From Patescibacteria group bacterium (lineage in GTDB: Bacteria; Patescibacteriota; Patescibacteriia; Patescibacteriales; UBA12465): a stretch of 58,607 nt of DNA. Positions within the stretch are counted from its first letter, which is position 1, and each line of letters begins with the position of its first letter. The translations under genes and the position numbers were made by a program. Below are positions 12,075-21,792 of this stretch, one piece after another. Below the pieces are notes generated by a model. That model was not told where the DNA came from. It searched no databases and saw nothing but the letters and a program-made list of their open reading frames with translations. The stretch spans positions 1-58,607 of the forward strand of contig JBMNOL010000005.1 of assembly GCA_050943055.1 (NCBI GenBank), in the 5' to 3' direction.

Positions 12075-14969
12075 ATGAGTGGTGATATTTTAAAAAATCT
12101 TAACGAAGCCCAACAGGTTGCCGTTTTTCATGAAGACGGTCCGCTTTTGGTGGTCGCGGGCGCGGGCACGGGTAAAACCACTTTATTAATTGCTCGGCTC
12201 GTTCACTTGTTGCTTAATCAAAAATATTCTAGCAATAGTTTATTGCTGCTAACTTTTACGGAAAAAGCGGCGGGAGAACTAGAGGAGCGGGCCGATAAAG
12301 CTCTTCCCTATGGGTATTTAGATTTATGGATTCACACTTTTCATAGCTTTGGGGAGCGAATTCTCCGTGAACATGCTTTAGATATTGGTTTGCCGGCGGA
12401 TTTTAAAATGATTGATGAAACGGAACAATGGATTTTAGTGCGTAATAATTTAGAGCGCTTTAAGTTAAATTATTATCGCCCCCTAGGTAATCCGACTAAA
12501 TTCATTTCTGAGTTGCTAAAGCATTTTTCTCGGCTCAAAGATGAAAATATTTCTCCCGCCGCTTATCTCGCCGTTGCCGGTAAGGATCCCGATTTAGCAG
12601 ATGATGAAAAATTACGCCAGGAAGAATTAGCGAGCGCTTATCAGACTTATAACCAGTTGCTTTTGGAAAATAGTTACTTGGACTTCGGTGATTTAATCGT
12701 TTACACTTTAAAACTTTTTAAAGAACGTCCGCAAATTTTGGCCCATTATCAAAAACAATTTCGGCAGATTATGGTTGACGAATTTCAGGACACTAATGGG
12801 GCCCAATATGAGTTGGTTAAATTATTGGCGCTGCCCAATAATAATTTAACGGTCGTCGGTGATGATGATCAGTCAATTTATAAATTTCGTGGTGCCTCTA
12901 TTTCTAATATTTTACAATTTAAGGATGACTTTCCGGAAGCTAAAGAGTTGGTGCTCACGGACAATTATCGTTCCCGCCAAGAAATTTTAGATTATGCTTA
13001 CCGCTTCATTCAAAATAATAACCCTTACCGTCTGGAAGAAAAATTAAAACTTAATAAAAAGCTGTACGCTCGCGCCGATTTTGCCGATCTGGCCGTTCCG
13101 GCTGTCAGTTATCAGCAATTTTTGCGAGCGGAAGACGAGGTCGCTTATGTAGTCAGTGAAATTAAAAATTTACATGACCAAGGCTTGGCTGATTGGACTG
13201 ATTGCGCCATTTTAATTCGTGCTAATAACATGGCGGATGCTTATGTTAAAGAATTAGCGCGTCAGAACATTCCGCATCAGTTCGTTTCTTTGCGGGGGCT
13301 TTATTTTAAGCCGATAATTTTGGATTGTTTAGCTTACTTGCGCTTGTTAAATAATTTTCACGATTCAGCTTCACTTTACCGCTTGTTAAATTTGCCGCAG
13401 TTTAAAGTTGCCTATCCGGATTTAATTGCTATCAATAAAGTGGCGCGGAAGCGAGCGTGGTCGGTTTTTGAAACTTTAAATCAGGCTGGCAGCATTCCCG
13501 ACTTAAGCGCTGGTTCTCAAGCGGCGATTACGCGTCTGCTTAAATTGATTAAAGACAATTCGGCGCGAGTTGGCGACATGGAGCCTAGCCGCCTGCTTCT
13601 TTATTTTTTAAATGATTCCGGCTTGTTAACTAATTTAGATTTTGATCGTGATGCCGAAACCTTCTCTTATCTTAATCAGTTCTATCAAAAAATAAAAAAC
13701 TTCGAGAAGGATGTCGTCAGTCCTCAATTACGAGATTTTGTCGCGCTTATGGATTTGGAATTAGAGGCTGGACAAAGCGGTTCCTTGCGTTTAGAATTTG
13801 CCGATAATGACACGGTTAAAGTGATGACTATCCATTCCGCTAAAGGCTTGGAATTTAAATATGTCTTTGTGGTTAATTTAGTTGATAAGCGTTTTCCCAC
13901 TATTAACCGATCGGAAAAGATTACTTTGTCCGAAGAGTTTTTAAGTAAAACTTTGGTTACGACCGGCGATCCTCATTTCGAGGAGGAGCGGCGCTTATTT
14001 TATGTCGCCGCCACCAGAGCCAAAGATCAGCTCTTTCTTACGGGCGCACAAGACTACGGCGGCAAGCTTAAGAAAAAACCATCGGTATTTATTGAAGAGA
14101 TGGGCTTAACGGTTCAAGAGGTGGGCATGACGACGGTCCAAAATTTAGAATTGATTCACGACTTAGATAATTTAGATAATGATTCCGAGACTTTTTCAAA
14201 ATTAGCCTTGCCTAATCATTTTTCTTTTTCGCAACTGGAAATTTATTCCACCTGTCCGCTAAAATATAAATTTGCTAATATTTTAAGAATCCCGACCGAT
14301 GTTGACCGGGCTAATCTGATTTTTGGGCAACTGATTCACAGGACTCTTTACCACTTTCTTAAACCTTTAGAAGAAACGGAGCAGGGCTCGTTGTTTACTA
14401 AAGAGGTTGAAAAAGAATTAACGGAGGAAAATTTGAAAAAGCTTTACAATTATTATTGGACGGAAGAGGGGTATCGCAGTCCGGAGGAACGCCAGGCTTA
14501 TTATGAGCGTGGTCTCACCTGTTTACGTAATTTTTGGAAAGATTGGCAGGAGCAAAGGGAGTCAACAATTGTTTATTTAGAAAAGAAATTTACTTATAAG
14601 TTGGGGGGTCGCGTTATCAAAGGAACGATTGACCGCGTTGATCGTTTGCCTGACGGTACTCTGGAAATAATTGATTACAAAACGGGTACCGTTAAAGAGG
14701 CTTTGCCGGCCGATAGTAAAATTCAACTCAGTCTTTATCAATTAGTTTTAGAAGATCTCTTTGGAGTCAAAGTTAGTCGTCTAACTTACTATTATCTTGA
14801 GGGGCCGAAACGTTTATCTTTTACGGTTAAGCCGGAATTCTTAAATAAGGTTCGCCAAGAAGCATTGGCAAAAATAACGGCTATTAGTGAGGGAAAATTT
14901 CCGCCGGCCCCGGGATTGGTTTGCTCTTTTTGTGATTATAATAAAATTTGTCCGTATCGGGTTTTTTAA
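12075..14969 (+). CDS. UvrD/PcrA-type SF1 helicase fused to a C-terminal PD-(D/E)XK nuclease with AddB/Cas4-type Cys cluster
   Basis: Walker A (AGAGTGKTT), DEFQD and VGDDDQSIY helicase motifs. The C-terminus has C-x..(STCPLKYKF), IDRVD...EIIDYKTG and CSFCDYNKIC. Confidence 0.9.
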   Translation: MSGDILKNLNEAQQVAVFHEDGPLLVVAGAGTGKTTLLIARLVHLLLNQKYSSNSLLLLTFTEKAAGELEERADKALPYGYLDLWIHTFHSFGERILREHALDIGLPADFKMIDETEQWILVRNNLERFKLNYYRPLGNPTKFISELLKHFSRLKDENISPAAYLAVAGKDPDLADDEKLRQEELASAYQTYNQLLLENSYLDFGDLIVYTLKLFKERPQILAHYQKQFRQIMVDEFQDTNGAQYELVKLLALPNNNLTVVGDDDQSIYKFRGASISNILQFKDDFPEAKELVLTDNYRSRQEILDYAYRFIQNNNPYRLEEKLKLNKKLYARADFADLAVPAVSYQQFLRAEDEVAYVVSEIKNLHDQGLADWTDCAILIRANNMADAYVKELARQNIPHQFVSLRGLYFKPIILDCLAYLRLLNNFHDSASLYRLLNLPQFKVAYPDLIAINKVARKRAWSVFETLNQAGSIPDLSAGSQAAITRLLKLIKDNSARVGDMEPSRLLLYFLNDSGLLTNLDFDRDAETFSYLNQFYQKIKNFEKDVVSPQLRDFVALMDLELEAGQSGSLRLEFADNDTVKVMTIHSAKGLEFKYVFVVNLVDKRFPTINRSEKITLSEEFLSKTLVTTGDPHFEEERRLFYVAATRAKDQLFLTGAQDYGGKLKKKPSVFIEEMGLTVQEVGMTTVQNLELIHDLDNLDNDSETFSKLALPNHFSFSQLEIYSTCPLKYKFANILRIPTDVDRANLIFGQLIHRTLYHFLKPLEETEQGSLFTKEVEKELTEENLKKLYNYYWTEEGYRSPEERQAYYERGLTCLRNFWKDWQEQRESTIVYLEKKFTYKLGGRVIKGTIDRVDRLPDGTLEIIDYKTGTVKEALPADSKIQLSLYQLVLEDLFGVKVSRLTYYYLEGPKRLSFTVKPEFLNKVRQEALAKITAISEGKFPPAPGLVCSFCDYNKICPYRVF

Positions 14970-14992
14970 AAAATAATTTTTATTGTTTTTCT

Positions 14993-15781
14993 ATGGGAAA
15001 AAATTGGGGTCGCTGGCGCTACCTACTATATCTAATTCTTTTTAGTCTTTGGCTTTTTTGGTATGCCAATGTTAGAGTACTAGAGGGGGCGGCCAATATT
15101 GCCCTTGATTGCCACCGTCTGGAAACTTATTCGGCGGGTTTGGTCTTAGGTGCCCGGGCCTATAATGATAACGTGGTGAGCCCGATTTTTTCTGATCGTT
15201 TACTGACGGCCGCGGAATTATATCAAGCTGGCCGGATTGAAAAAATTATCATTTCCGGCGACCATGGCACTGACACTTATGATGAGGTCACCGCTGGTCG
15301 CAATTTTCTTTTGGCCCATAATATCCCGGGGGATGATATTTTTTTGGATCATGCCGGTTTTGATACTTATGATTCCGTTTATCGTGCCCAGGCAATTTTT
15401 GGCGCGCCTGAAGTTTTAATTATTACCCAACGTTTTCATTTACCCCGAGCTTTATATTTTGCGGCGGAACGAGATTTACCGGCTTTAGGTTGCGTGGCCG
15501 ATAAACAAATTTATGATAACCTTGACTATTTTGAAAATCGAGAAATGCTGGCCCGAGTTAAAGGCTGGTTAGAAACTTTTTTTAAGGTTAAGCCTAAATA
15601 TCTAGGTGAACCAATTGATCTAACCGGATCGGGCCAGGTCACTTGGGATGATTTTGTCGCACCTTTAGTACCGGAGCCGGAAGTGGAGCTGGATAAAGAT
15701 TTTTTAATTCCGGTTTCTTCCGCCCCTGATTTAAAGACGACCCCCATCTCTCAAGAGGATATGGTCTTAGATCTAAATTAA
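14993..15781 (+). CDS. SanA/YdcF (DUF218) family membrane-anchored protein
   Basis: The motif IIISGDHGTDTYDEV...DHAGFDTYDS is typical of the SanA family, and an N-terminal TM helix is present. I chose the ATG at 14993 over the track start at 14948, which overlaps the helicase gene. Confidence 0.75.
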   Translation: MGKNWGRWRYLLYLILFSLWLFWYANVRVLEGAANIALDCHRLETYSAGLVLGARAYNDNVVSPIFSDRLLTAAELYQAGRIEKIIISGDHGTDTYDEVTAGRNFLLAHNIPGDDIFLDHAGFDTYDSVYRAQAIFGAPEVLIITQRFHLPRALYFAAERDLPALGCVADKQIYDNLDYFENREMLARVKGWLETFFKVKPKYLGEPIDLTGSGQVTWDDFVAPLVPEPEVELDKDFLIPVSSAPDLKTTPISQEDMVLDLN

Positions 15782-15797
15782 AAAGTAATTATTTTTT

Positions 15798-16832
15798 ATG
15801 TCACTTGATCATGAATTAGAGACCGATGACCGCCTTGTCAGTCCTATGGAGAATAAACAAGAAGAACATTTTGATCTCTCTTTGCGTCCTAAGAAATTAA
15901 CTGACTACGTGGGCCAAGAAAAAATTAAATCCAATTTAGAAATTGCCATTAAGGCTACTAAAAAACGAGGAGAACCTTTGGAGCACGTTTTGCTTTACGG
16001 GGCCCCTGGTTTGGGTAAAACTACCTTAGCTCATATTATTGCTAATGAAACCGGAGCTAATATTCGGGTAACTTCTGGACCGGCGATTGAGAAAAGCGGC
16101 GACCTGGCTGCGATTTTAAGTAATTTGGAAGAAGGCGATATTTTATTTATTGATGAAATTCATCGCTTAAATAAAGTGGTGGAAGAGATTCTTTATCCGG
16201 CTATGGAAGATTTTGCTTTAGATATTGTGATGGGTAAGGGACCGACAGCGCGAACGCTGCGCTTGGATTTACCGCGCTTTACAGTGATTGGCGCCACGAC
16301 AATGGCTAGTCTTTTGTCAGCGCCACTTCGTGATCGCTTTGGTCATATTTATCATTTAGAATTTTATCAACCGGAAGAGTTGGCTAAGATCGTTCGTCGA
16401 AGTGCCAAAGTTTTAGCTGTCCGCTTAGATTCGGCCGCGGCCGGCGAGATTGCTCAACGGTCTCGAAAGACCCCGCGAGTAGCAAACCGTCTCTTAAAAA
16501 GAGTCCGCGATTATTCCCTGGTAAAAAGTGATGGGGTGGTGGATTTGCCGATTTGCAAAGAATCTTTTGCGCTGTTGGAAATTGATGATTTGGGCTTGGA
16601 CCAAACAGATCGCAAAATTTTAAAAACAATTATTGAAAAATTTAATGGCGGTCCAGTTGGTTTAAATACTTTAGCGGCAGCCACCGGTGAAGAAATAAGC
16701 ACGATTGAAAATGTTTATGAGCCCTACCTTTTGCAGCTAGGATTTTTAGATCGATCCGCTCGAGGACGCTTAGTAACCGAATCAGCTTATCGCCATCTAA
16801 AGATTAATCGGCCTGGACAGTTAGGTTTATGA
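15798..16832 (+). CDS. ruvB: Holliday junction branch migration helicase RuvB
   Basis: Walker A (GAPGLGKTT), Walker B (ILFIDEIH), and a RuvB-type C-terminal winged helix. Confidence 0.97.
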   Translation: MSLDHELETDDRLVSPMENKQEEHFDLSLRPKKLTDYVGQEKIKSNLEIAIKATKKRGEPLEHVLLYGAPGLGKTTLAHIIANETGANIRVTSGPAIEKSGDLAAILSNLEEGDILFIDEIHRLNKVVEEILYPAMEDFALDIVMGKGPTARTLRLDLPRFTVIGATTMASLLSAPLRDRFGHIYHLEFYQPEELAKIVRRSAKVLAVRLDSAAAGEIAQRSRKTPRVANRLLKRVRDYSLVKSDGVVDLPICKESFALLEIDDLGLDQTDRKILKTIIEKFNGGPVGLNTLAAATGEEISTIENVYEPYLLQLGFLDRSARGRLVTESAYRHLKINRPGQLGL

Positions 16833-17866
16833 GTTACGAATTGCAAGCCTTTAACTACCACTTGCCGCAAGAACTTATTGGTCAAGAGCCCGCTAAACCG
16901 CGAGATGCGGCCCGACTCTTAGTTTTAAATCGCCAAACTCAAGAAATTCAAGAAAGTAATTTTAAGTGCTTAGCTGATTTTCTTCAGCCGGGCGATGTTT
17001 TAATAATTAACGATTCTAAGGTTTTGCCGGCACGATTATTAGGAAAGAAAGAAAGTGGTGGTCAAGTCGAGATTCTTTTACATCGCTTAGAAAAAGCTAA
17101 TGTTTGGGAGTGTTTGGTGGGCGGCCGGGTCCGGCCGGCGATGAAAGTATTTTTTAAAAAAGGTTTGGTGGCGACGCTAATTAATGACCAAGGTGACGGC
17201 ACTTGGCGAGTGTCTTTTAATCAAAGTGGCGCTAAATTCATTAAAACCGTCAGCGTCATTGGCTTAATGCCTTTACCACCTTATATAAAAAACGCCCGTC
17301 AGAAGTTAAGAGTAAATAAAAAACGGTACCAAACGGTTTATGCCGCGGCTAATAAAGTGGGGTCGGTAGCGGCGCCGACCGCCGGTCTTCATTTTACGCC
17401 TCGTCTCTTTAGAAGTTTAAAAAAGCGGGGAGTAGTCGTAAAAAAAATTACTCTCCATGTGGGTCTGGGAACCTTTGCGACGGTTAAAGAGTCCGATATC
17501 CGTAATCACCAAATGCATGCGGAGTGGGCGGTCATTGATAAGAAAACCGCTACTTATTTACGAAGCGCTAAGCAGGTGGGGCGCCGTTTAGTGGCGGTGG
17601 GGACGACCAGTGCCCGAACATTAGAGACTTGGGCACAAGCGGGTTGGCCTGAAGAGTTGGGCGTTTGGACAAAAATTTTTATTTATCCCGGCTATAATTT
17701 TTTAGCTGTTGATGCCTTAATTACCAATTTTCATTTACCACAATCAACATTATTAATGATGGTTTCGGCTTTTGCTGGTGAGGACTTGACAAAAAAAGCC
17801 TATCAGCTAGCAGTCGAAAATCGTTATAAATTTTATTCTTTTGGTGACGGAATGCTCATTGTTTAA
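16829..17866 (+). CDS. queA: S-adenosylmethionine:tRNA ribosyltransferase-isomerase
   Basis: Motifs [25 protein letters not shown] and [20 protein letters not shown] overlap with ruvB. Confidence 0.95.
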   Translation: MSYELQAFNYHLPQELIGQEPAKPRDAARLLVLNRQTQEIQESNFKCLADFLQPGDVLIINDSKVLPARLLGKKESGGQVEILLHRLEKANVWECLVGGRVRPAMKVFFKKGLVATLINDQGDGTWRVSFNQSGAKFIKTVSVIGLMPLPPYIKNARQKLRVNKKRYQTVYAAANKVGSVAAPTAGLHFTPRLFRSLKKRGVVVKKITLHVGLGTFATVKESDIRNHQMHAEWAVIDKKTATYLRSAKQVGRRLVAVGTTSARTLETWAQAGWPEELGVWTKIFIYPGYNFLAVDALITNFHLPQSTLLMMVSAFAGEDLTKKAYQLAVENRYKFYSFGDGMLIV

Positions 17867-17900
17867 AGGCTTTTTGTGATTAGTGTTTTTGCTTCTTTAG

Positions 17901-17909
17901 TGTTATAAT
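17901..17909 (+). promoter_or_regulatory. Extended -10 promoter candidate upstream of lepB
   Basis: TGtTATAAT in the queA-lepB spacer, about 65 nt upstream of the lepB ATG. Confidence 0.35.
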
Positions 17910-17974
17910 AGCAAAAGTTTTTAGTTGGTACCGTTTTCTACTGGCGGACAGAATCGCACAACAGTTTTTTATCT

Positions 17975-18541
17975 ATGCTTAAAAAAATATTGTTAGGTCT
18001 TCAGGAGTTTATAAAAATGGCAGCCATTGCGGTAGTGATTATTGTGGCAGTTCGCTATTTTTTAATTCAACCCTTTTATGTTAAAGGCGCCTCAATGGAG
18101 CCAACTTTTTCTAACTACGAATATTTAATAATTGATGAGCTCTCTTACCGTTTTAAGGATCCGCAGCGGGGGCAAGTAGTCGTATTTAGATATCCGCGCG
18201 ATCCGCAAGAGCATTTTATTAAACGAGTTATTGGTTTACCCGGAGAAACCGTGCAAATAAAAGATAACCATGTTTACATCTATAATGAAGAGCACCCTCA
18301 CGGCTATATTCTTAAAGAAGATTATTTGGCAGATGATGAAATAACTATCGCTAATAGCGAGAACCTGGTTAAACTAGGAGCGGATGAGTATTACGTTTTA
18401 GGTGATAATCGTGACGCTTCTCAGGATTCCCGCTTTTTTGGTCCGGTGAAGCGCAGTTTTATTACCGGTAAGGTCTGGATTCGCGGTTTCCCGATTAATC
18501 GTTGGAATATTTTTACCGCTAAAGATCTGCCTCAGTATTAA
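17975..18541 (+). CDS. lepB: Signal peptidase I
   Basis: S26 boxes are present: GASMEPT (Ser), KRVIGLPGE (Lys) and GDNRDASQDSR. Confidence 0.93.
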   Translation: MLKKILLGLQEFIKMAAIAVVIIVAVRYFLIQPFYVKGASMEPTFSNYEYLIIDELSYRFKDPQRGQVVVFRYPRDPQEHFIKRVIGLPGETVQIKDNHVYIYNEEHPHGYILKEDYLADDEITIANSENLVKLGADEYYVLGDNRDASQDSRFFGPVKRSFITGKVWIRGFPINRWNIFTAKDLPQY

Positions 18542-18560
18542 ATATTAAAATGATAATTTT

Positions 18561-19988
18561 ATGACTCAAGCGAAAATTACTAAAAATTCCGCTGCTAAAA
18601 ATAGTGCTAAGAAAAAACCGGCACCGGCCTCCGTCAAAAAAGTTGTTCCCGCCGAGACAAAACCTACCGTTCGACATTTGGAGAAGAAAAATGCTAAGAC
18701 TTATCAGCACTTAATGGGTTTTAAGGATTATTTAGGCAAAGAGTTTTTGGCTTGGGATTTAGCGACGGCCAAGGCTTGGGAGTTAGCGCGTGCTTATGGC
18801 TTTACACCGATTAAAACTCCAATTATTGAGGAGTTAGGCATGTATAAGAAAACTAACCGCAGCGGTCAAGAAAAAGAGTTTTTTACTGTTGATTTGGATC
18901 CGGGACAAAAAGGCGCTCTTCGTCCGGAGTTGACTCAGGGGATGTTTCGTGCTTATCTAGAGAACAAGAATGAAGATAGTTCTTTGCCAACTCGGCTCTT
19001 TGCTATTGGCCCGGTCTTTCGCCAAGAAAAAGTTGGCGGCGGTCGCTACCGCGAATTTAATCAGTTAGATTTAGAAATTATTGGCGAACCGAAGCCGGTT
19101 TCTGAAGCTTTAATTATTAATGCGGCTTATCGCTATTTGAAAGAACTAGGGCTTAATTTTCAGTTGCAGATTAATAGTTTAGGCGATTCTGATGCTCGTC
19201 GCGATTATACCAATAAACTTAACGCCTTTTTTAAAGAACGGGGACGACGAACCAATCTTTGTAATAATTGTAAAAAAGCCTTGCCTAAAAGCCCTTTAGC
19301 CCTTTTAGATTGCCGTGAAGATGCGTGTCTTAAAGCTCGTGAGGGTGCGCCACAGATTGCTGACTTTTTGTCGGTAGAGAGTCGTGAACATTTTTCTAAA
19401 GTTTTAGAATATTTGGATGATTTGAACATTCCTTATAATTTTAATTCTTATCTGGTTCGCAATTTGAGCTATTATAGTGAAACAGTTTTTGAATTTTGGC
19501 CGGTTGGCGCTGATGGTAATGCTAATGGACGCCAGGCTCTGGCGGCTGGTGGTCGCTGTGACGCCCTACTTTCCTCTTTAGGAGGCAAAGAAAGTGCTTG
19601 CGGGGTGGCGATTGGTCTAGAAAGAGTAACCTCTCGGCTTAAAGAACAGAATGCGGTTTATAAATATCCTGACGAACAAGAACTGGTTTATGTGGCTCAA
19701 TTAAGTGAGCCCGCCCGTGTCCGCGCTTTACTTCTTTTTGAAGAATTGCGCTTAGCTGGTTTTAATGTTCGCCAATCTTTTTCAGTTGATGGCTTAAAGG
19801 CTCAACTTGAAGAGGCTAATAATTTACAAGCTAAGATAACTTTGATTTTAGGCAAGAAAGAGATTATGGATGAAACAATTTTGCTTCGCGATATGGAGTC
19901 AGGAGTTCAAGAAACGATTGCTATTAAAAAAGTCAAAGATAAATTAGATAAAAAAATAAATAGAAAGGTAGGTGTGATTTATGGCTGA
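18561..19988 (+). CDS. hisS: Histidine--tRNA ligase with a Lys-rich N-terminal extension and a Cys4 insertion
   Basis: Class II motifs are present (LRPELT, RLFAIGPVFRQEK..GRYREFNQLDLEIIG, GGRCD). A C-terminal anticodon-binding domain follows. Confidence 0.9.
   Translation: MTQAKITKNSAAKNSAKKKPAPASVKKVVPAETKPTVRHLEKKNAKTYQHLMGFKDYLGKEFLAWDLATAKAWELARAYGFTPIKTPIIEELGMYKKTNRSGQEKEFFTVDLDPGQKGALRPELTQGMFRAYLENKNEDSSLPTRLFAIGPVFRQEKVGGGRYREFNQLDLEIIGEPKPVSEALIINAAYRYLKELGLNFQLQINSLGDSDARRDYTNKLNAFFKERGRRTNLCNNCKKALPKSPLALLDCREDACLKAREGAPQIADFLSVESREHFSKVLEYLDDLNIPYNFNSYLVRNLSYYSETVFEFWPVGADGNANGRQALAAGGRCDALLSSLGGKESACGVAIGLERVTSRLKEQNAVYKYPDEQELVYVAQLSEPARVRALLLFEELRLAGFNVRQSFSVDGLKAQLEEANNLQAKITLILGKKEIMDETILLRDMESGVQETIAIKKVKDKLDKKINRKVGVIYG
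19961..19974 (+). promoter_or_regulatory. Extended Shine-Dalgarno-like element upstream of rpsU
   Basis: TAGAAAGG-t-AGGTG ends 6 nt before the rpsU ATG. The complement of this genome's 16S 3' tail, read from 114-126, is TAGAAAGGAGGTG. Confidence 0.6.
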
Positions 19989-20217
19989 TTATAAAAGAAG
20001 ACCCGGTGAAAGTTTTGAATCGTTTTTACGTAAGTTTCGGCGTGCCGTTAAAAACGGTAAGCGTTTGGAAAAGGCCAGGGAAAAACAACACTTAATTCCC
20101 GAAAAAACCAAGCGTCAACAAAAAAAACAAGCTTTAACAGGTTTGCGCTTAAAAAAGGAAAAAGACTTTTTACGAAAAACCGGAAAAATTGAAGAAGTAA
20201 CTCGTCGTCGCTTTTAA
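19981..20217 (+). CDS. rpsU: 30S ribosomal protein bS21
   Basis: 78-aa basic protein carrying ESFESFLRKFRRAVKNGKRLEKAREKQH, typical of S21. It overlaps the hisS end by 8 nt. Confidence 0.9.
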   Translation: MADYKRRPGESFESFLRKFRRAVKNGKRLEKAREKQHLIPEKTKRQQKKQALTGLRLKKEKDFLRKTGKIEEVTRRRF

Positions 20218-20233
20218 GAACATATTTACAAAA

Positions 20234-20259
20234 AAGTCACTCCTTAGAGTGGCTTTTTT
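20234..20259. terminator. Bidirectional terminator between convergent rpsU and rel
   Basis: aagtcactc-ctta-gagtggctt (one G:U pair), flanked by an A-run and a T-run. Confidence 0.65.
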
Positions 20260-21724
20260 ATTTAATTCCCGGAATGAAACGTTTAATATTTTCCAGAGTC
20301 GATTTTTTGGAGTATTGCTTAATATGATCGCGAGCTTTTTTTGTTTTCGCAAATTTAATCCAATCTTTACTTGGGTGGAGGCGGTTTTTATCGAGAATAA
20401 TTTCAACTAAATCACCATTTTTTAATTCTTGGTCCAAACGGCCTAACCGATCGTTAATCATGGCACCGGTGGCATGGTTGCCGATTTCGCTGTGGACTGC
20501 ATAAGCAAAATCAATCGGCGTCGCCCCCTCGGGAAGCTCAAAGACATCACCTTTAGGAGAGAAGACAAAAATTCGGTCATGAAAAACACTTAACTGAACA
20601 TTGGTAACAAACTCTTTCGTGCTGTTTAATTCTTTTTGGACTTCAGTAATTTCTTTAATCCAGTGCGGTTGTTTATCAATAGTTTCGTTAGATGATTTTT
20701 CTTTATAATACCAATGAGCGGCAATTCCATAAACCGACTCTTCATGCATTTGTTGGGTGCGAATTTGAAATTCAACTGCTTTATTTTCCGGACCAAAAAC
20801 AGTGGTATGTAGAGATTGATAACCGTTCGGTTTCGGTACAGCAATATAATCCTTAAAACGATTCGGTTTTGGTCGCCATAAAGTATGGACGATTCCTAAT
20901 ACTTTATAGCAATCATTAATGGTGGGCACAATTAAGCGAACGGCGAAAACATCGTAGATCTGGTCAAAGCGACGCTTCTTGTTCTGCATTTTTTTCCAAA
21001 TGCTATAAAGATGTTTAAAACGAACTTCCATTTCGTAGTCTACCTCCGCCTCCTTTAAGCGCGGAGCTAAAACATCTTTTATTTTTTGAAAATAAAGACT
21101 GCGTTCCGCTTTTTTTTCGACTTCATATTCTTGTTCCAATTCATGAAATTCTTCGGGGTACAGATATTTAAAACACAAATCCTCCATTTGCCATTTTAAG
21201 CGCCAAATTCCCAACATACCAGCGATGGGAGCATAAATTTCTAGAGTTTCTTTGGCGATGCGTCGCTGCTTTTCTTCCGGCAGAGCTTCTAAAGTTCTAA
21301 GATTATTAAGGCGATCGCAAAATTTAATGAAAACAATTCTAATATCCCCGGTCATTGCGAGGAACATTTTTTTTAAATTTTCTCGGTAACGTTCAATACC
21401 ACGGTATTTTAACTTTCCTAATTTAGTCACTCCGGCTACGAGACTGGCCACCTCCGGGCCAAAATTTTTTTCTACTTCTTCTAAGCTGACATCCGTGTCT
21501 TCGGGGACATCATGTAATAATCCAGCCGTTACCGTTGGCAGATCGGCTTTAATTTCTGTTAACAAATAAGCGGTGTGGAGGGCGTGGTTGATATACGGTT
21601 CGCCGGTTTTTCGAAATTGCCCCTCGTGAGCGGCCGCCGCAAAATCATAAGCTAGCCAAAGAATCTCGGCGTCAACTCCAGGATGGTTTTCTTTAAATTT
21701 TTTTACAATCCTGTCAATCGTCAT
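20258..21724 (-). CDS. rel: Short long-RSH (p)ppGpp synthetase/hydrolase with HD, SYNTH and TGS domains only
   Basis: HD motif (LHDVPEDT), a RelA/SpoT synthetase region (YQSLHTTV, EFQIRT), and TGS (IFVFSPKGDVFELPEGATPIDFAY). The protein ends about 45 aa after TGS. Confidence 0.9.
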   Translation of the reverse strand: MTIDRIVKKFKENHPGVDAEILWLAYDFAAAAHEGQFRKTGEPYINHALHTAYLLTEIKADLPTVTAGLLHDVPEDTDVSLEEVEKNFGPEVASLVAGVTKLGKLKYRGIERYRENLKKMFLAMTGDIRIVFIKFCDRLNNLRTLEALPEEKQRRIAKETLEIYAPIAGMLGIWRLKWQMEDLCFKYLYPEEFHELEQEYEVEKKAERSLYFQKIKDVLAPRLKEAEVDYEMEVRFKHLYSIWKKMQNKKRRFDQIYDVFAVRLIVPTINDCYKVLGIVHTLWRPKPNRFKDYIAVPKPNGYQSLHTTVFGPENKAVEFQIRTQQMHEESVYGIAAHWYYKEKSSNETIDKQPHWIKEITEVQKELNSTKEFVTNVQLSVFHDRIFVFSPKGDVFELPEGATPIDFAYAVHSEIGNHATGAMINDRLGRLDQELKNGDLVEIILDKNRLHPSKDWIKFAKTKKARDHIKQYSKKSTLENIKRFIPGIK

Positions 21725-21747
21725 AACTTTTTCTTTTTCTCACTTTT

Positions 21748-21756
21748 TGCTATAAT
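21748..21756 (+). promoter_or_regulatory. Extended -10 promoter candidate for the surface-protein island
   Basis: TGcTATAAT lies 36 nt upstream of the ATG at 21793, in the divergent rel/island spacer. Confidence 0.4.
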
Positions 21757-21792
21757 TTAGTATATCATAATGACTAAAAATAAAGTAAGTCA

